The translations under genes were made by a program, and so were the position numbers. The notes beneath the pieces are model-generated. The model did not search any database. It was not told the DNA's origin and worked only from the letters and a program-made list of their open reading frames with translations. From Dictyostelium discoideum (taxonomy: Eukaryota): a stretch of 64,000 nucleotides of DNA. Location: positions 416,001 to 480,000 of the forward strand of contig CM000151.3 in assembly GCA_000004695.1 (NCBI GenBank), written 5' to 3'. Below, piece after piece: positions 48,456 to 63,460 of this stretch (the stretch's first letter is position 1; each line of letters starts with the position of its first letter).

Positions 48456-48644
48456 AATTTTGTGACGACAACAAGGTTTGAGATTTAACAAGATTTAACT
48501 TTGATGTGTTTTTTTTTTTTAAATGAATATTATTTTATATATTAAATTCAAATTATAATAATTTTCTTTTTATTTTAAGTTTATTATTCGTTTATTTATT
48601 TATTTTTTTTTAAATTAATTAATTTTGTGGTTTATTTATTTATT

Positions 48645-48681
<37 letters not shown>

Positions 48682-48710
48682 CTTTTTTTGACTTTTTTTT
48701 TTTAAATTAA

Positions 48711-51089
48711 TTAATTTTGTGGTTTATTATAACAAATATGTTGCCATAAAATTTGATCAGGTAAAGGAGAACGAGTATTATTTAAATGTTGTTGCTCATT
48801 ACGGAAAACTATATTGAAACGATGTAAACGTTCATGTTCAATATGACGAGTATTGTATTCTCTACAAATCCATTTTCCAAGACCCATTCTAATTGTTTCA
48901 AAACTTCCACCACTATTTAAATTTTCATAAACTTTAAACCAACGATGATTACCGATACAGTCAGGATAAGGATTTGGTTTTTCACGTGTATAAGGCTCGA
49001 CATTTGGTATCCAAGTGAATAAACCTTGATTATTCCAAAGTTCAACAAGAGTTCCATCATCAAGCTCACCTTCAAAAGTGTACCACCAATGTTGTGCTGG
49101 TGGTCTTGGTGAAAACATTGACCACATTTGATCCATTCTAGTCATAAATACTAACCAATTGATAGATTGTGGTAATGTCACTGGTATACCACAATTCACA
49201 TTATTACAATTCCAACCCAATGCAAATATTATACCCATAACCGCACAAACATTAAATAATAAACCTTTAAACATTCTTTTAACTCTTTTATTTCTAATTA
49301 ATTTACGTTGATAATTACAATTAATTTCATTTTCTTCTTCACTTTTTAATAATGCATATTCATTATTATTTTCTTCACTATTATTATTGTTATTATTATT
49401 ATTATTATCGATGATATCTTCATTACTACTATCTAGTAGAGTACCATTTAAAAGTTCATTACGTTTTTGTAATAGTTGTTGTTGTTTTTGATTTTGAATT
49501 TGTTGAATTTGAGTTTGTTGTTCTTTAGTTAATGATTTTGGCTTTAGTACTAGGATATCATCAGAAATGAAAACAATGATTCTTTCCATCAACTTCAATA
49601 CTTTTTTACCATACAATGTCACCAATGGTAATTCTAAAACTGAAACCAATGGCCAAAGTATTGGTGACACTTTACAAACTGATACCATTGCTTTATAACC
49701 AGTATATTGATTACCTTTAATATCTCTTGTAATTATCCAATTATTTAATTGTTCATTAATATGATCATTTTGATTTGCACCATCATTTATATCATTACCA
49801 TTATTAACATTATTATTATTACCAATTAAACCACTTGGTGAAAAGATATTATGTAATCCATTATTAGTTTGAATGAAACAACATTCTTGATCAGAGAAAA
49901 TTGGAGTTGGTGAAATTTCAACGTCTGGTAATAAGAGAAATGTTGAAACCAATGCTGTTATGTTATACCCATGACGACCATTGTAATAAATTTTGAAATC
50001 TGTTCTTTCACGAGTTCTTAAATAGTTGAATAGTTTATCCCAAAACCAAGTTGGATAAATTATCAATGTACCAGTTGCACAAGTTGGACTGAAAATACCT
50101 AACCTCATGAAAGCACCGAACCCAATATGTAACATTGTGAACCCAAATGCACCCAATGCTCTAATTTGTGCTGTGAAAACTGGTGAAAAGAATAACACCG
50201 ATCCAAATCCTTCATAATACAATACAAGTATAGTCATTAACTTTAAAGCATTTGGAAATTCAATAATATAGTCAACTAAAAATGTACGGAAATAGTCTAA
50301 TTGTAATGCATAATATGATGCAGTATAATCAACTCTCCATTCATCTCCAGTTTTATGTACATATGAAAATACATATAAAAATATAACTTGACAAATTATT
50401 GAAAATGTTACTTTTTTTAAAATATATATATACATTAGTAAGATAATAATAATAAATTAATTAATTATTATATTAAATAATTTACTTACCAAAATTAGTT
50501 AAAACAAATTTCTTTTTTTCTAATCTTAAAACTGGTCTTTTGAAAGCACTATCAATTGAAAAAACAGAACCTAATGGAAGAAAGATACCAAAGAATGAAA
50601 TTACTCTTAGATAAACATCACCACCATGACCAACAACATTATTTCTGGCTTGTAATGAAATTACAAAAAGGTAATGTAAAAACATATTAAGTCTTGAACG
50701 ATACCCAATAGTTAATAAAAAGCAAACTAGTATATTAATTAAAAATAAAATTTGAATACCTTCAATTGATCCAATCATCATATGAAATGAAAACCATGAT
50801 TTATTCCAAAATACTTCTGAAACTGTTGATCTTGGTAAAATTCCTTCATCTAAAAAAAAAAATTAAAAAATTAATATATATTTTTAAATATTTTATATAG
50901 ATATGTTATAACATATTTACCAGAATAATGAGCTTTAATATCAGGCCATCTTTCAATTATATCGTACATTCCGATTAAGCCAATGCATACTCTAAAAGCA
51001 GCCAAAGCTCTTTTATCAACTCCAAACATTGTTTGGAATTTAGAGACTGGCGTAATTGGTTGCTTTTTGTTTACAACCCCTAATCCCAT
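48711..51089 (-). CDS. Lipase maturation factor family protein (LMF1/LMF2, TMEM112-like). Three exons: 51089..50921, 50849..50489, 50410..48711.
   Basis: Exon 1 is MGLGVVNKKQPITPVSKFQTMFGVDKRALAAFRVCIGLIGMYDIIERWPDIKAHYS. Exon 2 is DEGILPRSTVSEVFWNKSWFSF... (compare LMF 'GREGILPA'). The exon 3 C-terminal domain ...WLVFMTRMDQMWSMFSPRPPAQHWWYTFEG...NQGLFTWIPNVEPY resembles the LMF motif '...PRLDWQMWFAALGP...'. Donors gtaaat at 50920 and gtaagt at 50488. Acceptors tttag|50849 and aaaaaag|50410. Phases 1/1. Confidence 0.75.
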
Positions 51090-52084
51090 TTTTAATTCGA
51101 TTATTTTTGTAAAAGTTTTCTTTTTTTTTTTTGAAAAAAAAAAAAAAATTAAAAGATTAAATATAAATTTATAAATATATATAAATATATATAAATAGAT
51201 TTTTTTTTTTTTTTTTTTATCTATGGAATTATTGCAGATAAAAAATTATGTGAATAATTATTGTAATAAAATTAGAAAATTAAAAAAAAAATTAAAAAAA
51301 ACAAAATTATATTATTAAATTTATTTATATTAATTTTTTTTTTTTTTTTTTGAAAAAATGAAATAATTTACAATGGAGAAAAAAAAAATAAAAATAAAAA
51401 TAAAAATAAAAATAAAAATAAAAATAAAAATGTTATGATTATATAATTGTTTTATATTTTTTATTTATTATTAATTTTTTTTTTTTAATTGGTTTTTTTT
51501 TTTTTTTTTTTTTAATATTATTTTTTTTTTTTTTTAAAAATAAATAAAAAAAAAAAAAATGTTTTTGATAGTGGGGGGAAATTCTCACAATGTATAAGTG
51601 TATGAGAAAGAATATTATATACCTAATTAAGATAATTAAAACATTGAAATTTCGTTGTAAAATGTCTCTGTGTGTGAGTGTGTGTGAAATTATTTGTTTT
51701 TTTTTTTTTTTTTTTTTATAGTATGTGCGCAAAAAAAAAAAGCAATTAAAAAAAAGAAACAATCCTTAAAGTTAAATATATTACATTATTAAAAAAAAAA
51801 AAAAAAAAATAAAAAAAAATAAATAAAAAAAAAATTTTAAAAAATTTATAAAAAACAAATTAAATTAAAAAAAGGGGTTGTTTAACTTTGTGATTACAAT
51901 TTTTTTTTTTTTGTATCATTAATAAATGATAGATCGTTATTGGTGGGGTTTTTATTTTTATTTATTTTTTTTTTTTTTTCAACACACTATTTTTAGGATT
52001 AATTAAATTATGAATTTTGAAAGGTCCACTTTTAGAATTATTTACAAAAAAAAATAATTAAAATAATTAAAAAAAAAAAAAAAA

Positions 52085-52123
<39 letters not shown>

Positions 52124-52349
52124 ATATATTTATATTATTGTTATTTGTTTTTCATTTTCTAATTATATCTCTTTTTTTCACAAAAAATAAAAATAATTAA
52201 AAATAAATAAATAAAAATAATTAATTTATTTATATATTTATATTATTTGTTTTTCATTTTCTGATTATATCTCTTTTTTTTTCAAAAAAATAAAAAAATG
52301 AAAATAAAAAAATAAAAATAAATTAATTTATTTATAAATTTAATCAAAA

Positions 52350-52384
<35 letters not shown>

Positions 52385-52499
52385 AAAAAAAATTCGTAAT
52401 TTGACGAATCAGAAAAAAAAAAAGTAGTTTGTGTGATATTTTTTTATTTTTATTTTTAAATTTTTAGAGAGATATAAATAAATTTAGAAAAAAAACAAA

Positions 52500-53346
52500 A
52501 TGTTAAATCCAAATAAAATTATTAAAGAAGGTGACAGAGTTGTTATGTATAATGGAAAAGATAATATGGCAGTATTAACAATGGAATCAAACAATGTATA
52601 TAATAGTAAATTTGGAAGTTATCGTCACAAGAATATAATTGGTAAAGAGTATGGCTCGAAATTAAGCTCTGATAATGGTAATGGATTTTGTCATGTTATA
52701 GCAATGACACCAGAACTTTGGAGTATCACATTAGATCATCGTACACAAATTTTATTCAACCTCGATATCTCTACCATTATCTTCAATTTAGAATTAAAGA
52801 ATGGTTCAAGAGCAGTCGAAAGTGGTACTGGTAGTGGATCACTCTCAAGTTCAATAGCACGTACAATCGCACCAAAGGGTCATTTATTTACATTTGAATT
52901 TCATGAAGAACGTGTTAAATTTGCAAGAAAAGATTTCAAAGATAATGGTTTAGATCAATACATCACAGTCACACATCGTGATGCTTGTGGAAAAGAAGGT
53001 TTCCTTCGTCAAGATATAAATAATGATATTGATGCTGTATTTTTAGATTTACCATCACCATGGGATGCTATTGAAAATGCTATAGCTGTTATGCATGATG
53101 GTTCAATGTTATGTTCATTTTCACCATGTATTGAACAAGTAAGTAAATAAATATATACATATATCATTAAAAATATATATATAAATACTAATTTTTTTTT
53201 TTTTTTTTTTTATTAGGTTCAAAATACATGTTTAAAATTAGCAGATTCTAAATTTCAAGAAATTAAAACTATTGAAGTTTTAATTCGTACATTTGATACA
53301 AGATTACAAGAATATGAAGAATTAAATTTAACAAATCCATATATAG

Positions 53347-53379
<33 letters not shown>

Positions 53380-53517
53380 TTGAAGAAAATAGAGGTAAAT
53401 TTGAAATTGGTGGTATTGAAGGATTAAAAAAAGATAAATTATTATCAAAACCATTCACTGAAGCACGTGGTCATACTGGTTATTTAACATTTGCACGTTA
53501 TTTACCAAATGCTTAAA
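52500..53517 (+). CDS. trm61: tRNA (adenine58-N1)-methyltransferase catalytic subunit TRM61/GCD14. Two exons: 52500..53138 and 53217..53517.
   Basis: IKEGDRVVM...TPELWSITLDHRTQILF..DISTIIFNLELKNGSRAVESGTGSGSLSSSIARTIAPKGHLFTFEFHEERVKFARKDF...DAVFLDLPSPWDAIENA...CSFSPCIEQ|VQNTC...ARGHTGYLTFAR is colinear with human TRMT61A (…ESGTGSGS…ADAVFLDIPSPWEA…CSFSPCIEQVQRTC…VGHTGYLTFA). Donor GTAAGT at 53139, acceptor tattag|53217. Confidence 0.9.
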
Positions 53518-53595
53518 AATAAAAAATAAAAAAAAATAAAAAAAATAAATAAAAAATAAAAAAAGACACATATATTATTTATTATTTTTTTATTT

Positions 53596-53819
53596 TTATT
53601 TTCCAGCTTTAAATACCCAAACTTTACCTTTAGCTTCAGCTAATTCAGTTAAAATTTGAATGAAAATATTTTGAGGTATTTCAACATAATTTGTATCCAT
53701 TTTTTCTCTTAATAAATTTATAATATCATCTTTCTTTAAACCACCACTCTTATTAAATGCTTCTAAAATAATATCACGATACTAAAAAAAAAAAAAAAAA
53801 AAAATGTATTAGTTTTTTT

Positions 53820-53858
<39 letters not shown>

Positions 53859-55672
53859 GTTATTATTAATAAATTAATACTTACTTTATCAACTTTTTGA
53901 TTACCAGTTGTTTTTAAAACATAACTATAACGAACTATTGTTGCCATTTTCTTTAATTGTTCATCAACCATTTTATCATTAACTTGATTTAATAAATTAT
54001 TTTCAGTTTTTAAATCTCTTTGTGATGCTATATATTGTTTAATGAGTTCAATTGAACAAACACCTTGTTGTTTAAAGAAATTGTATAAAAGGAAGAGTAA
54101 TTGATGTTCAACAGTTTTACCTTCACGATAATTACTTGGAATTCTTGGAAATCCAAATATTGAATGTCTATTTGGATTTGTTAATTCTTTAACTTTATCC
54201 AAGAGTTCTTTTCTTGAATTTTCGTCTGTGAATTGTTGATTGAATTTATCGACAGTGTAAGGATTACGATCGATGAAATCATCATCTGCTTGTTTCTTTA
54301 AAAACCATCTACGTGATTTGTTATCTAAATCTGATATTTTAGATAACAATTCTCTAGCATCTTCAAAAGAGATACCAGTATCTTTGCAAAATTCTTTCTT
54401 GTCAATACCATAATCACTATCGAAAAATTGAAGTAAAAGATAGTTTCTACCAATTTCTAAATCAGAGTCTTTAGTGACAAATTCTGACTTTACCACCCAT
54501 CTACCTCTGATTAACACTGCATAGGTTTCAAGATGTTCAATGATTTGATGATCCATTAAACCACGTTTAACAGCTTGACTAACCAATTGATGGATTTTTG
54601 TATATGGTACAACGTGACCATTGGTCATGATGGTTTTAATTTGTAATGCTAATGACATTTTATGTACAGTTTCCAATGAAACAGTCTCGTGAATATAGGC
54701 TGCCTTTGATACCCATTCGTCAGGTACACGTGGACATAACATATCGAAATATTGACTTTCATTCAAATCGTACTTTATATCAGTGTAAATATCTTCACAT
54801 TGAAGTTTTTCAAATTGTTTTATTAATTCACCATCAAATTCATCATCTACTAAATTCACTTTTATCCATTGTTCTTCATTTTCAATTTGTTTTATAATAT
54901 TTGGTTGTTGATTTGCTGCTGATACCTTTGCACCTGCTTTTTTAAATTGCATTGACGCAATTTTATTTAATGGATCAATTGATTGTCCATTACCACCACC
55001 GCCACCACCATTACCACTTTCTTCATCTTGTTCATCATCATCTTTTGTGTCTTGTTTTTTACGTAACTTTTCTTCTTGCCATTTATCATCGAAATAATTG
55101 AATTGTGGACGTAATTGAATGATCGATTGTAATGGTGTTAAATGTAATTCATTACTTTTCATTAACCCGATTGCATAGTTTGTACGATGTGATACAGTGG
55201 TTGATGATAATGTATATTTGGTGGTTTTAGTTTGTGCATCTGGATTATAATTATCTGAATCTGGATCAATTGATAAATCCATTTCAACTTTTTGTTGCTT
55301 TGGTTTAATTCTAAGTTCTTCCAATTTACTCATATCATAAGGTCTCCATGGTTGTCTTAATGGATATTGAAATAAATATAAATAATCTGATAATGATTGT
55401 GATAAATAAACTGGTATTTCATGTATAACATAATCTTCTTCTTCTTCCTCTTCTTCAACTCCATTTATTATTACTTTGGTTTTTGGTGGTGGTGGTATTT
55501 TCTCTTCTTCATATTCATCTAATTCATCCAATTCAATTGTTGCTTTATCTGTATTTGTATTTGTTGTTGTTGTTGTAGTTGTAGTTGTAGTTGTTGTTTT
55601 TTGTGGTGATTTTGTTGTTTCTGTCATATCAATATCTTTTGGTTCATTTATTGTTGTTGACGATGCGTCCAT
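53596..55672 (-). CDS. rpc5: DNA-directed RNA polymerase III subunit RPC5 (POLR3E/Rpc37-like). Two exons: 55672..53885 and 53781..53596.
   Basis: EIPVYLSQSLSDYLYLFQYPLRQPWRPYDMSKLEELRIKPKQQKVEMDLSIDPDSDNYN matches human POLR3E EIDVYLAKSLAEKLYLFQYPVRP...AKIKPKQQKVELEMAIDT. Downstream SNELHLTPLQSIIQLRPQFNY matches QGELHLTPLHGILQLRPSFSY. Terminal exon YRDIILEAFNKSGGLKKDDIINLLREKMDTNYVEIPQNIFIQILTELAEAKGKVWVFKAGK*. Donor gtaagt at 53884, acceptor (T)19AG|53781. The ORF-track tail ...[18 protein letters not shown] is intron read-through. Confidence 0.85.
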
Positions 55673-55755
55673 CTTTAATTAAATAATATCCCACAATTTT
55701 TACAAAAATGAAAATTAATGAAAATGAAAAAAAAAGTTTTATACGAAATTTTTCG

Positions 55756-55789
<34 letters not shown>

Positions 55790-56146
55790 TTTTTTCATTT
55801 TTTTTTATTTTTTTATTTTTTATTTTATTTTTTTTTAACAATCATCATTAATTTTATTTTTAATATGGATTTAGTATAGATAAATAGAGAACTCAAAAGT
55901 AAACAAAATGATATAAAATATAAAAAAAATGAATTTGATCATTCAAATAGATTAATAAAAAAAAAAAAAAAAAAAAAACTTTTTTTATTCAAATATTTAA
56001 AAATCTTTTACTTGGTTATTTTGTTTTTTCCTTTTTAATTTCAAAATTGGCAAATAATGAATGTTTTCTTTTTTATTATTCGATATTTTTTTAAGGTGAT
56101 GGATTAATTGTTTAAAAAAAAAAATGATTTGAAAATTCTAAAAATT

Positions 56147-56330
56147 GAGGAGAGTAATTAAAATTAAAAGAATACAAAACAACTGATGTGGTGGAGGTTT
56201 AATATTAATTGAGTCATTGGTATGTTCTCCAGTGGTTGTACTTATAGTTCCAATTATGGTTGTGTTGAAGTTGTAGTTGATAGGGACCAGGGTACATACA
56301 AATAGCTGCAAGTCTTGACGAACTTCAATT
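56147..56330 (-). pseudogene. Isolated C-terminal fragment (Thr-rich stalk + hydrophobic GPI-signal-like tail ...TTIIGTISTTTGEHTNDSINIKPPPHQLFCILLILITLLNF*) of a paralogue of the adjacent gene 56505..57932.
   Basis: DNA similarity of 56147-56180 (gagtaattaaaattaaaagaatac) to 56519-56552 (gagtaattaaaactaaaagaatac). The translated tail resembles ...SKKSVSLPLLLCILLVLITLLNL*. An upstream in-frame TAA within 60 codons and no acceptor or start. Confidence 0.45.
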
Positions 56331-56504
56331 TATTAATCCATCTGAAAAGCATCAAATAAAAAGAGCAAAAATAGAACACAGGAAATCCGATAAATAAATA
56401 CCTTTTTTTGGTATATTCTCATTATATTATTATATTAAATAATTTAAAAAAAAAAAAAAAAAAAAAAAATTATAAAAAACAGTTTTTATTTTTTTTTTTT
56501 TATT

Positions 56505-57932
56505 CTAAAGATTTAAAAGAGTAATTAAAACTAAAAGAATACATAATAGTAATGGAAGAGAAACAGATTTTTTACTATTAATTGAATTACTGGTGTGCTT
56601 TTTTCCACCACCAGTTGTAGATGTAGATGTAGTAAATGGACTTGTTGTAGATGTTGAGGCAGTGGTGGTGGTGGTAGTACTACCAGATGATGGATATATT
56701 GAACATATTTGATTTCCATTATACATGATATTACAATCAGAACAAATTGGATATTGATTTAAACTATCACCATTATTATTTGTAAAAATGATTTTTGAAT
56801 TTACACATATAATTGAACCTCTAGCATTTGGATAATTAATAGAATTTTCATCAAAATATAAATTTGAGTCACTTGCATCAATTACATTACTATTACCATT
56901 ATTATTATTATTATTAATAATTTTATTTAATTTTAAATTAACATCACCATTTAGTAAATGAATAAATCCATCATTAATATTTGTAAAAGTATTATTTGTA
57001 ATAGTAACTTCATCTGAATTATAGTTAGCATTAATTAAAAATGAATTTGAAATTTTCATATTATTATATTCTGAATTTTTAATTACTAAACTACCATTTT
57101 TATATGTAATTAAAAACTCTTTACCACTATTGATTTTTATTTCATTGAATGTTGATGAATCAATTATTAATGAATTTGTTCCTAAAATATTATTATAAAA
57201 ATAATTACCCAATGTAATTGTTTTAAAATTTGATGAAATAAAATGAACTTTAAAATTTAAAAAATTAAATAATTGTGAAGTGATATTAATATTTTCAAAT
57301 TTTGTATTTATAAAATCAATTGAATTAAATCCATTATTTGATGATGAAGATGGTGCGCCATTTAAGTAAATATTAAAATCTTTATAACAATTTGAAATTT
57401 GACATGAATCAAATGTAATTTTAGTATAGTCATTATTTGGTGCTGGTGATGAAGTACGATAAACAAGAAAACTGCTATTAAAGTTTATAATATTAATATT
57501 TGATAATTTTAAAATTGAGTTATTCAAAGTTGAGTTTAATTTTAAAATTGAGATGAACGTTTTCTCTAAGGTACTGCCATCAATTGTGACTTTATTAGAG
57601 CCAATTGTGTATGTGGATATTGTTATATTCCAACCGTAAAATGAAAAACTATTTAAATCACCTCTATATGTTCCATCAACTAATTTTAAAACTAAATTTG
57701 AATTTATATTTTCAGGTTGATTTTTAATTTTTGAAAAATAAGCTATTGCTTCTTGAATTGAATTACAAGAATTATTTAAAGAATCTCCACATTCACCATT
57801 TGAATTGATTTTATTTGTGTCAACAATTAAATCAAATGTTGGAAAATTTGAATCAGAACTTGAACTTAAATTAATAAAATTAAAAAATAAAATATAAATA
57901 TAAACAAACAAGAGATAATATTTTTTTAACAT
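56505..57932 (-). CDS. Secreted, probably GPI-anchored protein (475 aa). Signal peptide, Asn-rich beta-helix-like repeats (…NNTFTNINDGFIHLLNGDVNLKLNKII…), Thr/Ser-rich stalk and C-terminal hydrophobic tail.
   Basis: MLKKYYLLFVYIYILFFNFINLSSSS signal. C-terminal ...TTTTTTASTSTTSPFTTSTSTTGGGKKHTSNSINSKKSVSLPLLLCILLVLITLLNL*. Right-handed beta-helix assignment is an inference from the repeating N/S/T-x-I/L-x periodicity only. Confidence 0.65.
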   Translation of the reverse strand: MLKKYYLLFVYIYILFFNFINLSSSSDSNFPTFDLIVDTNKINSNGECGDSLNNSCNSIQEAIAYFSKIKNQPENINSNLVLKLVDGTYRGDLNSFSFYGWNITISTYTIGSNKVTIDGSTLEKTFISILKLNSTLNNSILKLSNINIINFNSSFLVYRTSSPAPNNDYTKITFDSCQISNCYKDFNIYLNGAPSSSSNNGFNSIDFINTKFENINITSQLFNFLNFKVHFISSNFKTITLGNYFYNNILGTNSLIIDSSTFNEIKINSGKEFLITYKNGSLVIKNSEYNNMKISNSFLINANYNSDEVTITNNTFTNINDGFIHLLNGDVNLKLNKIINNNNNNGNSNVIDASDSNLYFDENSINYPNARGSIICVNSKIIFTNNNGDSLNQYPICSDCNIMYNGNQICSIYPSSGSTTTTTTASTSTTSPFTTSTSTTGGGKKHTSNSINSKKSVSLPLLLCILLVLITLLNL

Positions 57933-58533
57933 TCTTTTTATTTTTTTCTATATTTTTTTTTTTTTTTTTTATATTATTTTTTTTTTTTTTAATTTATATG
58001 GTTTTTTTTTGGGTGGTTAATTAGTGGGTTTTTTATTTTTTATATGTAAAAAAGAATTTAAAATCGATTTTATATTGTTTTTTTTTTTTTGATTTAATTA
58101 TGAAAATAAAAAAAAAAAAATACCACTATCTAAAAATAGATTCAATTTTTGATACTCTGAGGGTGAATTGTTTTTATTTTTATTTTTAAAAAGGTTTCCT
58201 AAATGAGGAAATGGGTTTATTTATTTTTATTTTTATTTTTAAATATTTTTCTTTTTTTTTTAAATTAATTATTTTTTAATTTCTGGAAAAATGATAATAT
58301 ATTTTCCTAGGAATTAAATTTATTATAATGATGAAAAGGAAAATAATAATAAAATATCTGATTTATTTTATTTGAATTATTTTTTTAAATTTAAGAATGA
58401 AAAAAAAAAAAATGGAAAAAAAAAAAAGGAAAGGAAAGAAAAAAAAAAAGAAAAAAAAATAATTATCTAAAACAAACCAATTTAATGGGTTTTAAACTTT
58501 TTTTTTTTTTTTTTTGTATTTTTTTTTTTTTTT

Positions 58534-62172
<3,639 letters not shown>

Positions 62173-62475
62173 CACGTGATATTACTATTTAAATTTATTT
62201 ATTTATTGATTAATTTATTTGTTTCTTTTATTTTATTTTATTTTATTTTATTTTATTTTAATATATTTTATTTTAATTTATTTTATTTTATTTTTTTTTT
62301 TTATTTTTTTTTTTTTTTTATTATTGAACAAAAAAAAATAAAATAAAAGAAAATAATATAATATAATATAATATAAATATATATATATTAATATATATTA
62401 ATATATATTAATGTATTTTTTTTTTTTTTTTTTTTTAATTGTATGTTTTTGTGTGTGTCAGTTGTTTTAAGTTTG

Positions 62476-62507
<32 letters not shown>

Positions 62508-62652
62508 TTGGGTGAGAGTTTTGTTTTTTTTTTTTTTGTTGTGAATTTTTATTTTTTTTTTTTATTTTTTTTTTTTTTCTCGAGTTATTGTTTTATTTTA
62601 GCCCAAACAAAAAAATCAAAACAATCTTGATGAGTTTTTTGGAATTTTGGAG

Positions 62653-62688
<36 letters not shown>

Positions 62689-62931
62689 AAACTAAAAAAA
62701 AAAAAAAAAAAAATGAATTTGGTATTAGAAATGTTAAAAAAAAAATAATAAAATAAAATGAAAAAATAAATTAAATAAAAAGTATTAATAAAAAGATAAT
62801 TTTTTTTAAATTAAAATTAGATAAGAGAAAATAATGATAATAAAAAAAAAAAATAAATAAAAAAAAAAAAATAAAAAAAAAATAAAAAAAATAAAAAAAA
62901 AATAAAAAAAATAAAAAAAATTTTAAAAAAA

Positions 62932-62971
<40 letters not shown>

Positions 62972-63424
62972 GTGAGATGCATATAAAACTAAATTTTTAA
63001 ATGTAGGTGTTGGTTTATTTTTGGAGTGTGGGTATGTGGTGGTGTATGTTATCATTTGAGGTATTTTATAAGTACATTAAAGTAAATTAAAAATAAAATA
63101 AAATAAAAATTTTAATTTTATATATTTATATTTATATATAAAAAAAATTGATTTAATAATTTTTTTTTTTTTTTTTTTAAAAAATAAAAATTATTTTTAA
63201 AAAAAAAAAAATAAAAATAAAAAAAAATAAAATAAAAAATAAATAAATAAAAAAAACAAATAATAATAAAATAAATAAATATTTAAATTGAAAAACCACA
63301 CCCAAAATAGAACAAAAAAAAAAAACTAGACATTGTTTCTTATTAACTATTGCATTCAATAGGAAGTTGTACAACTATAAAAATAATATTAAAAAAAAAA
63401 ATATAATCATTATAATATATTAAG

Positions 63425-63460
<36 letters not shown>

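Larger units (their letters stand above)
43020..48525. repeat. Tandem array of about 2.5 units (43020-44810, 45420-47950, 48150-48525) of the B-box/FNIP gene unit. Inside, coding FNIP repeats give a 132-bp DNA periodicity (45600-46440).
   Basis: Unit 3' ends (43020-43260 / 45420-45640 / 48150-48350) and the 5' element align. 'caccttctggtaatatacctgcagttaattt' recurs every 132 bp. Confidence 0.75.
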
